A stretch of 64,000 nt of DNA from Candidatus Kuenenia stuttgartensis (GCA_945876185.1 CAMCMZ010000003.1:15454-79453); one strand, 5' to 3'. Counted from the stretch's first letter, positions 1 to 8,970 are shown. Numbers and translations: made by a program. Notes: generated by a model not told the origin, from the letters alone.

Positions 1-13
1 CTGGAGTTTCCCC

Positions 14-982
14 ATGCGCCATCCGCGGTTCGCCTGTGTGCTGATCTTCTTCGCCCTGGCAGCCGCCGGCTGCATCTCCCACGATCGCAATTGGCGTCAG
101 ACCGCCATCGAGGAGGAAGGCTCAGGCTCGGCGCGCATCGCAGTGGTTGACATCAGTGGGCCGATTCGCTTCGGCGGTGGCCGCTTCAGCGAGGGCGGCG
201 GCATGGAGGAGGTCTGTCGTCAGTTGCGCATGGCCGAACAGGATGACGCGGTGAAAGCGGTGGTGGTGACGCTCGACACGCCCGGCGGCGACGTGGTGGC
301 GAGCGATGCCGTGCACGCCCGGCTGCTCGCCCTGCGCGCCAAAGGCAAACCGGTGGTCGCCCTGCAACGCAGCATCTGCGCCAGCGGCGGCTACTACATC
401 TCGTGTGCCGCCGACACCGTGCTCTGCGGCAAGGGCACCATGACCGGGTCGATCGGAGTCATTTTCATGAGCCCGGAAATCATGGGACTGGCGGCCAAGA
501 TCGGGGTCGGGATGAATGTCATCGCCAGCGGCCCACGCAAGGATATGGGCAGCATGTTCCGCCCGATGAAGGACGAGGAACGCGCCCTGATCCAGGCCAT
601 GACCGATCAGTTGTATGCCGAGTTCCTGACCGTGGTGGTGCAGGGCCGCAAAGGCCGGGGACCGGTACCGGCCGACGCCGCTGCCGCCGAAGCGAAACTG
701 CGCCCCCTCGCCGACGGCCGCGTTTACACCGGCGAACAGGCCCTGGCCCTCGGTCTGGTCGACGGTTTCGGCCACCTCCCCGAAGCCCTCGCCGAGGCCC
801 GCCGCCTGACCAAACTCAAGGAAGCCACGGTTTTCCGCTACGAGCGCAGCAGCATGGCCTTCGGCTTCATCGCCGACGCCCAGACCCACCCCCCGCAGGT
901 CGTCAACGGCCTCAACCTCAACGTCGGCGACCTGACCAAGTTTCTCCAACCCGGCATGGCGTTCCTTTGGACCGGTAACTGA
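14..982 (+). CDS. sppA: Signal peptide peptidase SppA (S49 family), lipoprotein-like N-terminus
   Basis: Motifs LDTPGG and CASGGYYISCAAD...TMTGSIGV, plus DGRVYTGEQALALGLVDGFG, typical of S49 peptidases; N-terminal AAAGC lipobox-like segment. Confidence 0.9.
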   Translation: MRHPRFACVLIFFALAAAGCISHDRNWRQTAIEEEGSGSARIAVVDISGPIRFGGGRFSEGGGMEEVCRQLRMAEQDDAVKAVVVTLDTPGGDVVASDAVHARLLALRAKGKPVVALQRSICASGGYYISCAADTVLCGKGTMTGSIGVIFMSPEIMGLAAKIGVGMNVIASGPRKDMGSMFRPMKDEERALIQAMTDQLYAEFLTVVVQGRKGRGPVPADAAAAEAKLRPLADGRVYTGEQALALGLVDGFGHLPEALAEARRLTKLKEATVFRYERSSMAFGFIADAQTHPPQVVNGLNLNVGDLTKFLQPGMAFLWTGN

Positions 983-1079
983 GGCCAACCACAAGGCCGC
1001 CTCACTCATCGGGTGATGCCATCTTGTAGATTCAGAGATTCTGATCCCCAGGAATCGACGTTGATCCCAAAGCGACGAC

Positions 1080-1629
1080 TTCAGCCGTCCCTACGGGACT
1101 GCAACCAAACAAATTCCGCGCAATCCGGGGTTGAAACCCCGGGCTAACATCTATCCGTCCCTACGGGACGGCCATTGACGGGATTACCACGGAAAAAACC
1201 AAAAGGGCGTCCCGTAGAGACGCTGCGAGGTTAGCCCGGAGTTGAAACCGGTTGAAACCTCGGGGTAACATCAATCCGTCCCTACGGGACGGCCATTGAC
1301 GGGATTACCACGGGGGAAACGAAAAGGGCGTCCCGTAGGGACGCTCTGGGGATTGGCCATTCGTACGGGGTGATCAGGCGAGCCGGCCAAGGCCAACCAT
1401 AATTATCCAGCAATTCATCATCTTTCCGGCCTTGGCCGGCTCGCCTCGCGGTCAGCGGCCGGTTGCAAACCGGCGGTCCCAGACGCAAGCGTTTTTGCAG
1501 GTTTTTGTAGTTTGACGACGCAAATGGCCAATCCCCAGGGCGTCCCGTAGGGACGCTGCGAGGTTAGCCCGGGGTTTAAACCCCGGGACCGGCAAGAAGT
1601 CAGAGGCAAGTCCCGTAGGGACGACTGAA
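1080..1629. repeat. REP-like palindrome cluster (GTCCCTACGGGAC / CCCGGGGTTNAAACCCCGGG), ~122-bp unit in tandem, interrupted by a MITE
   Basis: Repeated CGTCCCTACGGGAC and its reverse complement; two near-identical tandem units; outer inverted pair at 1082-1100 and 1609-1627. Confidence 0.85.
1346..1538 (+). mobile_element. 193-bp MITE, family A, copy 1
   Basis: Perfect 16-bp TIR CTGGGGATTGGCCATT; 19-bp flanking direct repeat GGCGTCCCGTAGGGACGCT (1327-1345 and 1539-1557); second copy at 49832-50024. Confidence 0.9.
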
Positions 1630-1720
1630 ATCTGGAACGAAGTCTGAACTCGAAATCCCGGCGGCGGTTAGGCAGTCTGGTAGCACCCCAGGAATCTCAT
1701 CGGAAAGGCGCCCCCACCCC

Positions 1721-1737
1721 CTGGCACGAGGTTCGCT
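1721..1737 (+). promoter_or_regulatory. Putative sigma54 (-24/-12) promoter of fliF
   Basis: CTGGCACGAGGTTCGCT fits TGGCACG-N-TTGC with GG-N10-GC spacing, 24 bp upstream of the fliF ATG; RBS GAGG at 1748-1753. Confidence 0.6.
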
Positions 1738-1760
1738 CCAGAGACAGGCGAGGTCCCGCC

Positions 1761-3434
1761 ATGTCGAAAATCTGGCAGCAGCTGGTGAGCATCTGGTCGC
1801 GGCTCGATGTGCCGCAGCGCGCCACCATCGTCCTGGTCGCCCTGGGGTGCGTCGCCCTGGTCGGGGTGCTTGCCTTCGGGGCGAGCCGGCCGGACTACCG
1901 CATGCTGGTCAGCGATGTGCCCAAGTCGCGCGTCGCCGAGATCGTGGCGTACCTCGAACAGAACAAGATCGCCTACCAGGTCACCGACCGTGAATCGGCC
2001 ATCCTCGTGCCCAGCAAGGAGTTGTACCGTCTGCGCAACGAGCTGGCGCAGCAGGACATGCTCGGCGACGGCTCGAAGGGCTTCGAGATCCTGTCCAAGG
2101 GCGGGATGTTCGATTCGACCTTCCGCGAGCACAAGACCTACGACCGCGCGGTGGCGGGCGAACTGGAACGCAGCTTCAAGGAGTTGCCCGGCGTCGCGTC
2201 GGTGCGCGTGCTCATCGATCGGCCGCAGCCCAGCCCGTTCGTTGACGACGACGCGGCCAAGCCCAAGGCCTCGGTGAAGCTGCACATGGGCGCCGGCAAG
2301 CGCCTGACCGAACGCCAGATCGCGGGCATCCTGCACTTGTGCGCCGGCGCGGTCGCCGGCCTGGTGCCGGAAAAAGTCGAGATCATGGACGACAGCGGCC
2401 TGCTGACGCCGGAAAAATCCGATCGCGGCGCGGCCCAGGCGCAGAATTCCCTTGATGCCGAGATGGCGCGCGAGACCTACCTCACCCGCAAGGCGCAGGA
2501 GGTGCTCGACGCCGTGGTCGGGCCCGGCCGCAGCCGGGTAAAGGTCAGCGTCAAGCTGGATTTTTCCAAGCGAGCCGAATCAACGACCGATCCCACCACG
2601 TCCAAGCCGTTGGAAGAGCAGACCACCACCACCGATGAGAAGACCCCGGTGGTCGCCAGCGGCGGCGTGGCGGGAACTGCGTCGAACGTCGAAGGTGAGA
2701 ACCGTGCGTCCGCGCCGCCGCCGGCGATGGGGTCGAAGACCAGCGAACAGGCCAACACCAAGTACGTGGTCGGCAAAAAGACCGTCACGACCGAGGACGA
2801 GATCGGCCGCACCAAGGGCATGAACGTCTCGATCCTGCTCGACTGGAAACCGATCAAGGTCGAGAAGAAGGACAAGGACGGCAAGCCGACCGGCGAATTC
2901 GAGGTCCAGCGCAAGGAATACGACGCGACCGAGCGCAAGCGCTTCGAGGAGCTGGTCTGCAACGCGATCGGCTTCAACGCCGCCAAGGACATCGCGGTGA
3001 AGCAGGAGGGCGTGGCCAACCTCGACGCGCGCTTCACGGCGTCGGTGCAGAGCATGGAACTGTTTCGCGAGGAGCCCGACAAGGTCGTTACCGCCGCGGT
3101 CGGCCTGCCCTTCGCTTCGCTGCCGTGGGCCGACTGGATGGGCTACATCGTCGCCGGCGTGGTCGGCCTGGCGCTGGTCATCGTCGCGCGCGGCCAGCTG
3201 AAGCGCAGCCACGCCGCCTGGGCCACCGCCGAGGAGCGGGTGCGCCAAGCCGAGCAGGAGGAGCAGGAGAAGAACAAGCCGGTGATCGAGGCCGGGGCGG
3301 CCGAAGAGGAGGACGAGGTCGCCAAGGCGCTGACCGTCCGCCGTAAAAGCCTGCGCGAGCAGGTGAAGAAGCGCATCGTCGATGATCCCAGCAACGCCGC
3401 TGCCATCGTCCGGCAGTGGCTTTACGAAAGTTGA
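1761..3434 (+). CDS. fliF: Flagellar MS-ring protein FliF
   Basis: Two TM segments; YscJ/FliF core (KGFEIL...RAVAGELERS...V.SVRVLI...SPF...PKASVKL); C-terminal DPSNAAAIVRQWLYE; directly upstream of fliG. Confidence 0.93.
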   Translation: MSKIWQQLVSIWSRLDVPQRATIVLVALGCVALVGVLAFGASRPDYRMLVSDVPKSRVAEIVAYLEQNKIAYQVTDRESAILVPSKELYRLRNELAQQDMLGDGSKGFEILSKGGMFDSTFREHKTYDRAVAGELERSFKELPGVASVRVLIDRPQPSPFVDDDAAKPKASVKLHMGAGKRLTERQIAGILHLCAGAVAGLVPEKVEIMDDSGLLTPEKSDRGAAQAQNSLDAEMARETYLTRKAQEVLDAVVGPGRSRVKVSVKLDFSKRAESTTDPTTSKPLEEQTTTTDEKTPVVASGGVAGTASNVEGENRASAPPPAMGSKTSEQANTKYVVGKKTVTTEDEIGRTKGMNVSILLDWKPIKVEKKDKDGKPTGEFEVQRKEYDATERKRFEELVCNAIGFNAAKDIAVKQEGVANLDARFTASVQSMELFREEPDKVVTAAVGLPFASLPWADWMGYIVAGVVGLALVIVARGQLKRSHAAWATAEERVRQAEQEEQEKNKPVIEAGAAEEEDEVAKALTVRRKSLREQVKKRIVDDPSNAAAIVRQWLYES

Positions 3435-3440
3435 ACCGCC

Positions 3441-4451
3441 ATGGCTGACGCGACCGATGACCTGCAGGGCCGCAGACGCGCCGCCGCGTTCATGCTCTCG
3501 CTCGACAGCGAGACCGCTGCGATGGTCTTGCAGCGCTTCAACGAGCGCGAGGTCGGCATGCTGTCCGAGGAGATGACCCGCCTGGGCGACATCTCTGGCG
3601 CGCAGATGGAGAAGATCCTCAAGGATTTCAACAAGATGGTCGGTGGCGACCGGGTCTCGGTCGAACCGATGATCCAGGCCATCCTCGAACGCGCCCTGGG
3701 CAAGGAGCGCGCCAAGGAGCTGCTCGACAAGATCCGCAAGCAGTCGCGCGAAAGCGAGCCGTTCCGCTCGCTCCTCGCCTTCGAGGCCAAGCAGGTCGCG
3801 ACGCTTTTGCGCGGCGAGCATCCGCAGGTGCTGGCGCTGGTGATCTCGCACCTTGAGGCCGGCGTGGCGTCGGAACTGCTCAAGGACATGGCCGAGGACC
3901 TGCGCTATGAAGTCGTCAAGCGCATCGCCAGCACCCAGGAACTGCCGGCCGAACTGGTGCGCCAGGTCGACGAAATCATGGAGGTACGCGCCTATTCCCT
4001 GTCGCGCAGCGCCACCGGCGACAGCGGCCAGAACCGCTTCAAGACCGTGGCCCAGATGCTCAACATCAGCGATCCGTCGCTGGCCAAATCGATCCTCGAC
4101 CGACTCAACCGCGAATCGCCGCAGCTCGCCAACGAGATCCAGGCCCTGATGTTCGTCTTCGAGGACCTGGTCAAGATCGCCGACAAGGACATGCAGAAGG
4201 TGCTGGGCGAAATCGACAAGGGCGACCTGGTGCTGTCGCTGCGCACCGCCCCGCCCGAGGTGGCGCAGAAGATCCTCGGCAACCTCTCGAACCGCGCTCG
4301 CGACAACATGAAGGAGGAGATGGAGCTGATGGGGCCCAAGCCGCTCGCCGAGATCGAGGAGGCGCAGAAGCGCGTGCTGCAGGCGGTGCGCGCGATGGAA
4401 GAACGCGGCGACATCCAGATCAGCCGCGGTGGCACGGACAAAATGGTATGA
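3441..4451 (+). CDS. fliG: Flagellar motor switch protein FliG
   Basis: RRAAAFMLSL N-terminus, EHPQVLALVISHL, MFVFEDL, charged torque residues in EIEEAQKRVL. Confidence 0.97.
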   Translation: MADATDDLQGRRRAAAFMLSLDSETAAMVLQRFNEREVGMLSEEMTRLGDISGAQMEKILKDFNKMVGGDRVSVEPMIQAILERALGKERAKELLDKIRKQSRESEPFRSLLAFEAKQVATLLRGEHPQVLALVISHLEAGVASELLKDMAEDLRYEVVKRIASTQELPAELVRQVDEIMEVRAYSLSRSATGDSGQNRFKTVAQMLNISDPSLAKSILDRLNRESPQLANEIQALMFVFEDLVKIADKDMQKVLGEIDKGDLVLSLRTAPPEVAQKILGNLSNRARDNMKEEMELMGPKPLAEIEEAQKRVLQAVRAMEERGDIQISRGGTDKMV

Positions 4452-4552
4452 AAATCGACCATAGCGCCCCGGCTGCGGCGTTGGTCCTCGGTCATGTGGC
4501 GCTGCCACACTCCCTCCTCCCGCCTTGCATCCGGGGTGCTCTGATCGATTTT
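4451..4552 (+). repeat. 102-bp structured repeat, family B (diverged copy), starting at the fliG stop codon
   Basis: Same layout as copies at 13665, 37518 and 59126: ~26-bp imperfect terminal inverted arms, inner hairpin TGTGGC-GCT-GCCACA, CCTCC-rich linker. Confidence 0.8.
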
Positions 4553-4764
4553 CTTCTGGTCACTCGCGGGGCTTGCGCCCCAGTTCGACTGCGCCGCTGC
4601 GCGGCATGCGAGCTGCGCCCGTCCCCGCGCGGGGATCGACCTGGGGCGACGGTGGCTGCGCCACCGCGTTCCGCTGCGCGGAACCAAGCCCGTCCCTGCT
4701 CGCTTACGCTCGGTGGGTTGTTCTTCGCGGGCGCTGCCCGCTACGCCCGCCAGGGGCTCTCGCC

Positions 4765-5028
4765 CAATGCTGTGAAGCTAAGGGGGCAACCTCCACCAGA
4801 GAACGTTACCTTAGCTTTTGGCAAACGTTTCGTGGGCCTGTGCCCGGGAGCGCCGAGCACCAGCTCGGCTTCGGATCGATTTCCTCAGGCAGGTGGCGAC
4901 GGGCTTCCCTTGAATCCATTCGATTTCTTTTGTTCCGAGATCGTTCGGCCGAGCTGGTGCTCGGCGCTCCCGGGGTCGGCGCTCACGATTCGCAGTGAAT
5001 CCTCAGGGTTCTTAGCGTCACAGCATTG
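4765..5028 (+). mobile_element. 264-bp MITE with IS4-like ends carrying a REP doublet (family C)
   Basis: 18-bp TIR CAATGCTGTGA(A/C)GCTAAG; 9-bp TSD GCTCTCGCC (4756-4764 and 5029-5037); internal inverted CCCGGGAGCGCCGAGCACCAGCTCGGC pair. Confidence 0.8.
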
Positions 5029-5136
5029 GCTCTCGCCCCTGGACCCGCACGGCCTTTTGCCGATTTCGAAACCGACCGCCTCGCAACGACCAACGATCCG
5101 TGAAAAGGGGGGCATCCGCCTCGCCGGGATCACGCC

Positions 5137-5889
5137 ATGACCATCATCCGCTCGCGGGCTCAGCCGGTTGCGGCGGCGGCGGCGACCTCTTCGGCGGGGG
5201 TCGCCAATCCGGAGGTCGAGGCGATCCTTGGCGAATGGCGGACCAAGCTTGAACGGGCGCATGCCGAGGGGCGTCAGGCCGGGCTGGCGGAGTCAGCGGC
5301 GCAGGTCGCGGCGGCGGGGAAACGGGCGAGCGAGGCCGAGGCGCAGGCCGAGGCCCGGCTAGCGGCCCGGCGCGCCGAACTGGAGGATCGCCTCGGGCGC
5401 ACCATCGCGGCGCTGGAACAGTCCAGTGCGCGGCTGGTCGATCTGGAAAAGCAACTCGTCGGCGCGGCCGAGCGCGAGGTCGTGCGCCTCGCCGGCGCGA
5501 TCGCCACCCGCATCTTACGGCGTGAAATCGAGACGGATCCGGGCTGGATGGAGCCGGTGCTTGCCGCCGCGCTTGCCCAGGTGCCGGATCGCCGTGGCGT
5601 GTCGGTGCGCATGCAGCCCGACGATGCGGCCGCCGCGCGCGCGGCGCAGGAGCGCATCACTGCCGGCATCACTGGGCTTGAGCGCCTCAACATCCAGGAT
5701 GATCCCGGCCTGGCGAAAGGCACGTGCCTGCTGCTCAGCCAGGGCACTCGCATCGACGCCTCGATCGCGTCGTCGTGGGAACGCGTGACCGCCACGCTGC
5801 TGGTGGCCGCGCCCGATCCGCCCATGGTCGTGCGCAATGATGGCGCGGTTCCCGAGGCGACGGCAGAGGCACCCTCGTCGCAGGCATGA
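5137..5889 (+). CDS. fliH: Flagellar assembly protein FliH
   Basis: AxxEGxxAG repeat, LAGAIATRILRREI, VRMQPDDA and DPGLAKGTCLLLSQGTRIDASI match the FliH/YscL C-terminal fold; follows fliG. Confidence 0.85.
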   Translation: MTIIRSRAQPVAAAAATSSAGVANPEVEAILGEWRTKLERAHAEGRQAGLAESAAQVAAAGKRASEAEAQAEARLAARRAELEDRLGRTIAALEQSSARLVDLEKQLVGAAEREVVRLAGAIATRILRREIETDPGWMEPVLAAALAQVPDRRGVSVRMQPDDAAAARAAQERITAGITGLERLNIQDDPGLAKGTCLLLSQGTRIDASIASSWERVTATLLVAAPDPPMVVRNDGAVPEATAEAPSSQA

Positions 5890-6041
5890 CGGTCCACTGA
5901 AACCCGCCAGCACGCAGGCGTCGCCGCCGGAAGGCCCCTGTCTGGAGGCCCGTTGCGGCCGCAGGACCGCCAGGTTCAACAACCATCTGCGCCGGCCGTG
6001 GCGCGATCGGACTTCCTGATCCATAATCGACGGCCCACGCC

Positions 6042-7808
6042 ATGCCGAACCTGATCGCATTCTTGTCCGGGACCGGATCGGTCCCCGTTTCCGACGCCCT
6101 CGTCCTCGGATTGGCCGGGGCGTTGGCTCTGCTGGCTATCGTCAGCATCGTCCTGGTTTTCCAGTGTCGTCGCCAATGCCGGCGCTTGGCCAGCGGTGAA
6201 CGCCAGGTCGATGCCGTCTTCGGCCTAGCCAAGGGATTCGTGTTGATGCGGCTGCATCGTGCGACCGATGGCGCGATCCGCATCGACCGTCTCAGTCCCT
6301 CGATCGAGGATCTGCTTGGCCGCCCGGCGGCCGAATACCGGCAGGATCCCACGTTGCTGTTCAGCCAGATTCTGAGTGACGATCGCGATCGAGTGCTCGC
6401 CGATCTCGCTGCGGGTCTCAGCGCGGGCCTGCGTATTGAGAGCCGGTTCCGCGTCGTCCATCGCCTCGAATCTGCTCCGCGCACCTGCCATCTCGTTGCC
6501 CAGCCGCATCCGGTTGCGGGTGGCCAGGCCTGTCTGGCGCTGGTCCTCGACCTCACCTCCGAGGCGAAAACCAAGGCGGACCATGATCTGCTGCAAGAGA
6601 AGGTCCAGGTCGCGCTGCGGCACGAGAGCCTGGGGTTCCTCGCCAGCGGCATCGCGCATGACTTCAACAACCTGCTCGCCGCCATCCGGGGCAACGCGGA
6701 GCTGCTGGGGTCGCTGGTCGCCGACGTGCCCACCGGCGCGCGTCGGCTGCAACGGGTGCTCGACGGCGTCGACCGCGCGAGCGGCCTGGTGCGCCAGATT
6801 CTCGCCTATGCCGGCAAATGTGCGGTGGTGGCGAAACCGTTGGATCTGGCCAAGGAATCAAACGAACTGCGCGCGCTGCTGCGGCACGGCCTGCCCAAGG
6901 GGGTGACGCTTGAGATCCAGGCCGAACCTGGGCTGCCGCTGATCACCTTCGATCCGGCCCAGTTCCAGCAGATCCTGGTCAACCTGGTGGTGAACGCGGC
7001 GGAGTCCTACAACGGCACGCCGGGCGTGGTCGAGGTAGGGCTGGCGCGCAATGGGACTGACCGCATCCGCATCACCATTCGCGATCAGGGTTGCGGCATG
7101 GACGACGCAGCACAGGCCAGCCTCTTCCGGCCCTACTTCACGACGAAGGTCAACGGCCACGGTCTCGGACTCGCCGCCGTGCACAGCATCATCGGGCAGA
7201 ATGGCGGTACGATCACCTGCGCCAGCCGATCCGGCCAAGGCACCACCTTCACCATCGACCTGCCGATTGGCAGTGCCGAGTCATCACCTGGCACCAGACG
7301 CCTGCAGGCCGGCAAGGGACGCCGGGCCCAGCTTATCCTGCTCGTCAGCGCCGACGCGGGAATGCGTACCGATCTCGCCGCGCTGCTCATCGAACTCGGC
7401 CACCTGAGCCAGGCTGCCGTTGGTGGCGATGCCGCGCTCACCTCGTTGGCCGCCAACCGGTTCAACGCCGTCATCCTGGATCATCGCCTGGCTGGCTTCC
7501 TGGACACCCTGCGGGCCGAGCATCCGGATCTGCCGGTTGTCCTGATAGGCGGAAATGTGGGCAGGCCCAGCGATGCCGATAGAAACGCAGCGCGGAGCGA
7601 ACCGACGCTGTGCCGCCGGCTCGCCCATCCCTGCACCCAGATGCAATTGTCGTTCGCCCTGCGCGAATTGGCGGTTGGCCTGCCCGGCAGCGATTCGGAC
7701 AGCACCAATTCAGCCAAGGTGCTCGCTGGCGTGATGCGGCACCAGTTGGTGCCGGGCGGCAGTCCACCGCTGCCGGCGGCGGACCGGGCCGAGATCGAAC
7801 GCGGGTGA
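6042..7808 (+). CDS. Hybrid sensor histidine kinase (TM, PAS-like, HisKA, HATPase, degenerate receiver)
   Basis: H-box GIAHDFNNLL, N-box NLVVNA, DQGCGM, FTTK, GHGLGL; C-terminal receiver-like ILLV...VILD. Confidence 0.9.
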   Translation: MPNLIAFLSGTGSVPVSDALVLGLAGALALLAIVSIVLVFQCRRQCRRLASGERQVDAVFGLAKGFVLMRLHRATDGAIRIDRLSPSIEDLLGRPAAEYRQDPTLLFSQILSDDRDRVLADLAAGLSAGLRIESRFRVVHRLESAPRTCHLVAQPHPVAGGQACLALVLDLTSEAKTKADHDLLQEKVQVALRHESLGFLASGIAHDFNNLLAAIRGNAELLGSLVADVPTGARRLQRVLDGVDRASGLVRQILAYAGKCAVVAKPLDLAKESNELRALLRHGLPKGVTLEIQAEPGLPLITFDPAQFQQILVNLVVNAAESYNGTPGVVEVGLARNGTDRIRITIRDQGCGMDDAAQASLFRPYFTTKVNGHGLGLAAVHSIIGQNGGTITCASRSGQGTTFTIDLPIGSAESSPGTRRLQAGKGRRAQLILLVSADAGMRTDLAALLIELGHLSQAAVGGDAALTSLAANRFNAVILDHRLAGFLDTLRAEHPDLPVVLIGGNVGRPSDADRNAARSEPTLCRRLAHPCTQMQLSFALRELAVGLPGSDSDSTNSAKVLAGVMRHQLVPGGSPPLPAADRAEIERG

Positions 7809-7810
7809 GC

Positions 7811-7893
7811 TTTCGTTTCGGGGCTCTGCCCCGGCCCCGCTTTCATTTCGGGGCTCTGCCCCGGGCCCCGCCAGGGCCTATGGGCCCTGGACC
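7811..7893. repeat. Short GGGGCTCTGCCCC palindrome tandem plus CCAGGG...CCCTGG hairpin
   Basis: 30-bp unit duplicated (7811-7840, 7841-7871), followed by CCAGGGCCTATGGGCCCTGGACCC, between convergent genes. Confidence 0.6.
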
Positions 7894-8035
7894 CGATTCT
7901 GCCCGGAAGGGCTGGTTTACCGCGTTCTTGCGCTGTAGGGCGTGATTGCCCGGATGGGCGAGGGGCGCTTCGCTGCCTCGCCTGCGGTCAATTGTCTGGA
8001 TGGGAGAGGGGTGCTGTCTGCGGGTTTGGCGTGGT

Positions 8036-8893
8036 TCACGGTTCCTGCGCTGCCAGCGTCCGCCAATGGCTCGGGGTCGATCCCGCCGCCGCCTTGAAGA
8101 CGCGGCTGAAGGTGGCCGGCTCGCGGTAGCCGATCCGGGCCGCCACGGTCGCCACCGGCAGGCCTTCGCGCAGCCAGCGGCGGGCGGCATCCAGGCGCAG
8201 ACGCTGCAGGTGCGCGTGCGGGCTCAGGCCGAGACAGGTGCGGAACGTCCGGCGGAACTGCGCCGCTGACCAGCCGCACGCCGCCGCCAGGGCGTCCATG
8301 CGCGGGGCCAGGTGGAGCTGGTCCTGCATCGCGGTCAGGGCCGGCAGCAGCCGGTGCAGGCCGGGCGCTGGCGTGGAGGGCGCAACCTGTGCCGGTAGCA
8401 GATCGGCCAGGACCTCGGCCATGAGCCCGTTCAGGGCAGCACGGGCCAGGGCGCCGCCGCGGGCGTGCCAGCGGCACATGGCGTGCAAGCGGGCGAACAG
8501 TGGCCCATCCAATGGATAGGTGCGGCTCGCTTCGAGCGGAAGCAGGGCCTGCAAGGGCAGTCCGGCGATCGCGGCTGAATAATGCAGGCAAAGCAATTCC
8601 ACCCCGGTTCTGCCGCACCCGGCGGCGTGGATCTGGCCGCGACCGATGTGGACCAGGCAGCCGGCGGACAGAGGGTGGCGCTCGCCCGCGACTTCGATCC
8701 AGCCCGTGCCGCCCAGGCCGGCCCACAGCATCTCATCGGCCACCGTGCGCCGGGGCACGTTCCACACCGGCCGGCAACGGTAGCGGATGGCGCTGACCCC
8801 GGAGATGGCGACGGACCAGGGCCAGGATTCGGCCGTTACCGGCGCGTAGTCGCGGTGCACTGACCATTCCGGACCATCCTGGGGCAGGGGCAT
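8036..8893 (-). CDS. AraC-family transcriptional regulator (cupin + HTH)
   Basis: C-terminal LAAACGWSAAQFRRTF...VAARIGYREPATFSRVFKAAAGSTPS. Confidence 0.92.
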   Translation of the reverse strand: MPLPQDGPEWSVHRDYAPVTAESWPWSVAISGVSAIRYRCRPVWNVPRRTVADEMLWAGLGGTGWIEVAGERHPLSAGCLVHIGRGQIHAAGCGRTGVELLCLHYSAAIAGLPLQALLPLEASRTYPLDGPLFARLHAMCRWHARGGALARAALNGLMAEVLADLLPAQVAPSTPAPGLHRLLPALTAMQDQLHLAPRMDALAAACGWSAAQFRRTFRTCLGLSPHAHLQRLRLDAARRWLREGLPVATVAARIGYREPATFSRVFKAAAGSTPSHWRTLAAQEP

Positions 8894-8970
8894 CGCGGCA
8901 GGCTGCGGCGATGCGCGTTTCCGACAAGCGGATGCGCGGCGCCGCCCGCTGACGCGGGTGACGGGATGAG

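Noticed and set aside
1080-1629. CRISPR array, or small ORFs 1282-1488 and 1418-1609
   Set aside because: Spacers are repeated and palindromes inverted; the ORFs are translations of repeat DNA
4448-5140. 230-aa ORF between fliG and fliH
   Set aside because: It lies entirely over family-B, family-C and REP repeats and has no protein-like motifs
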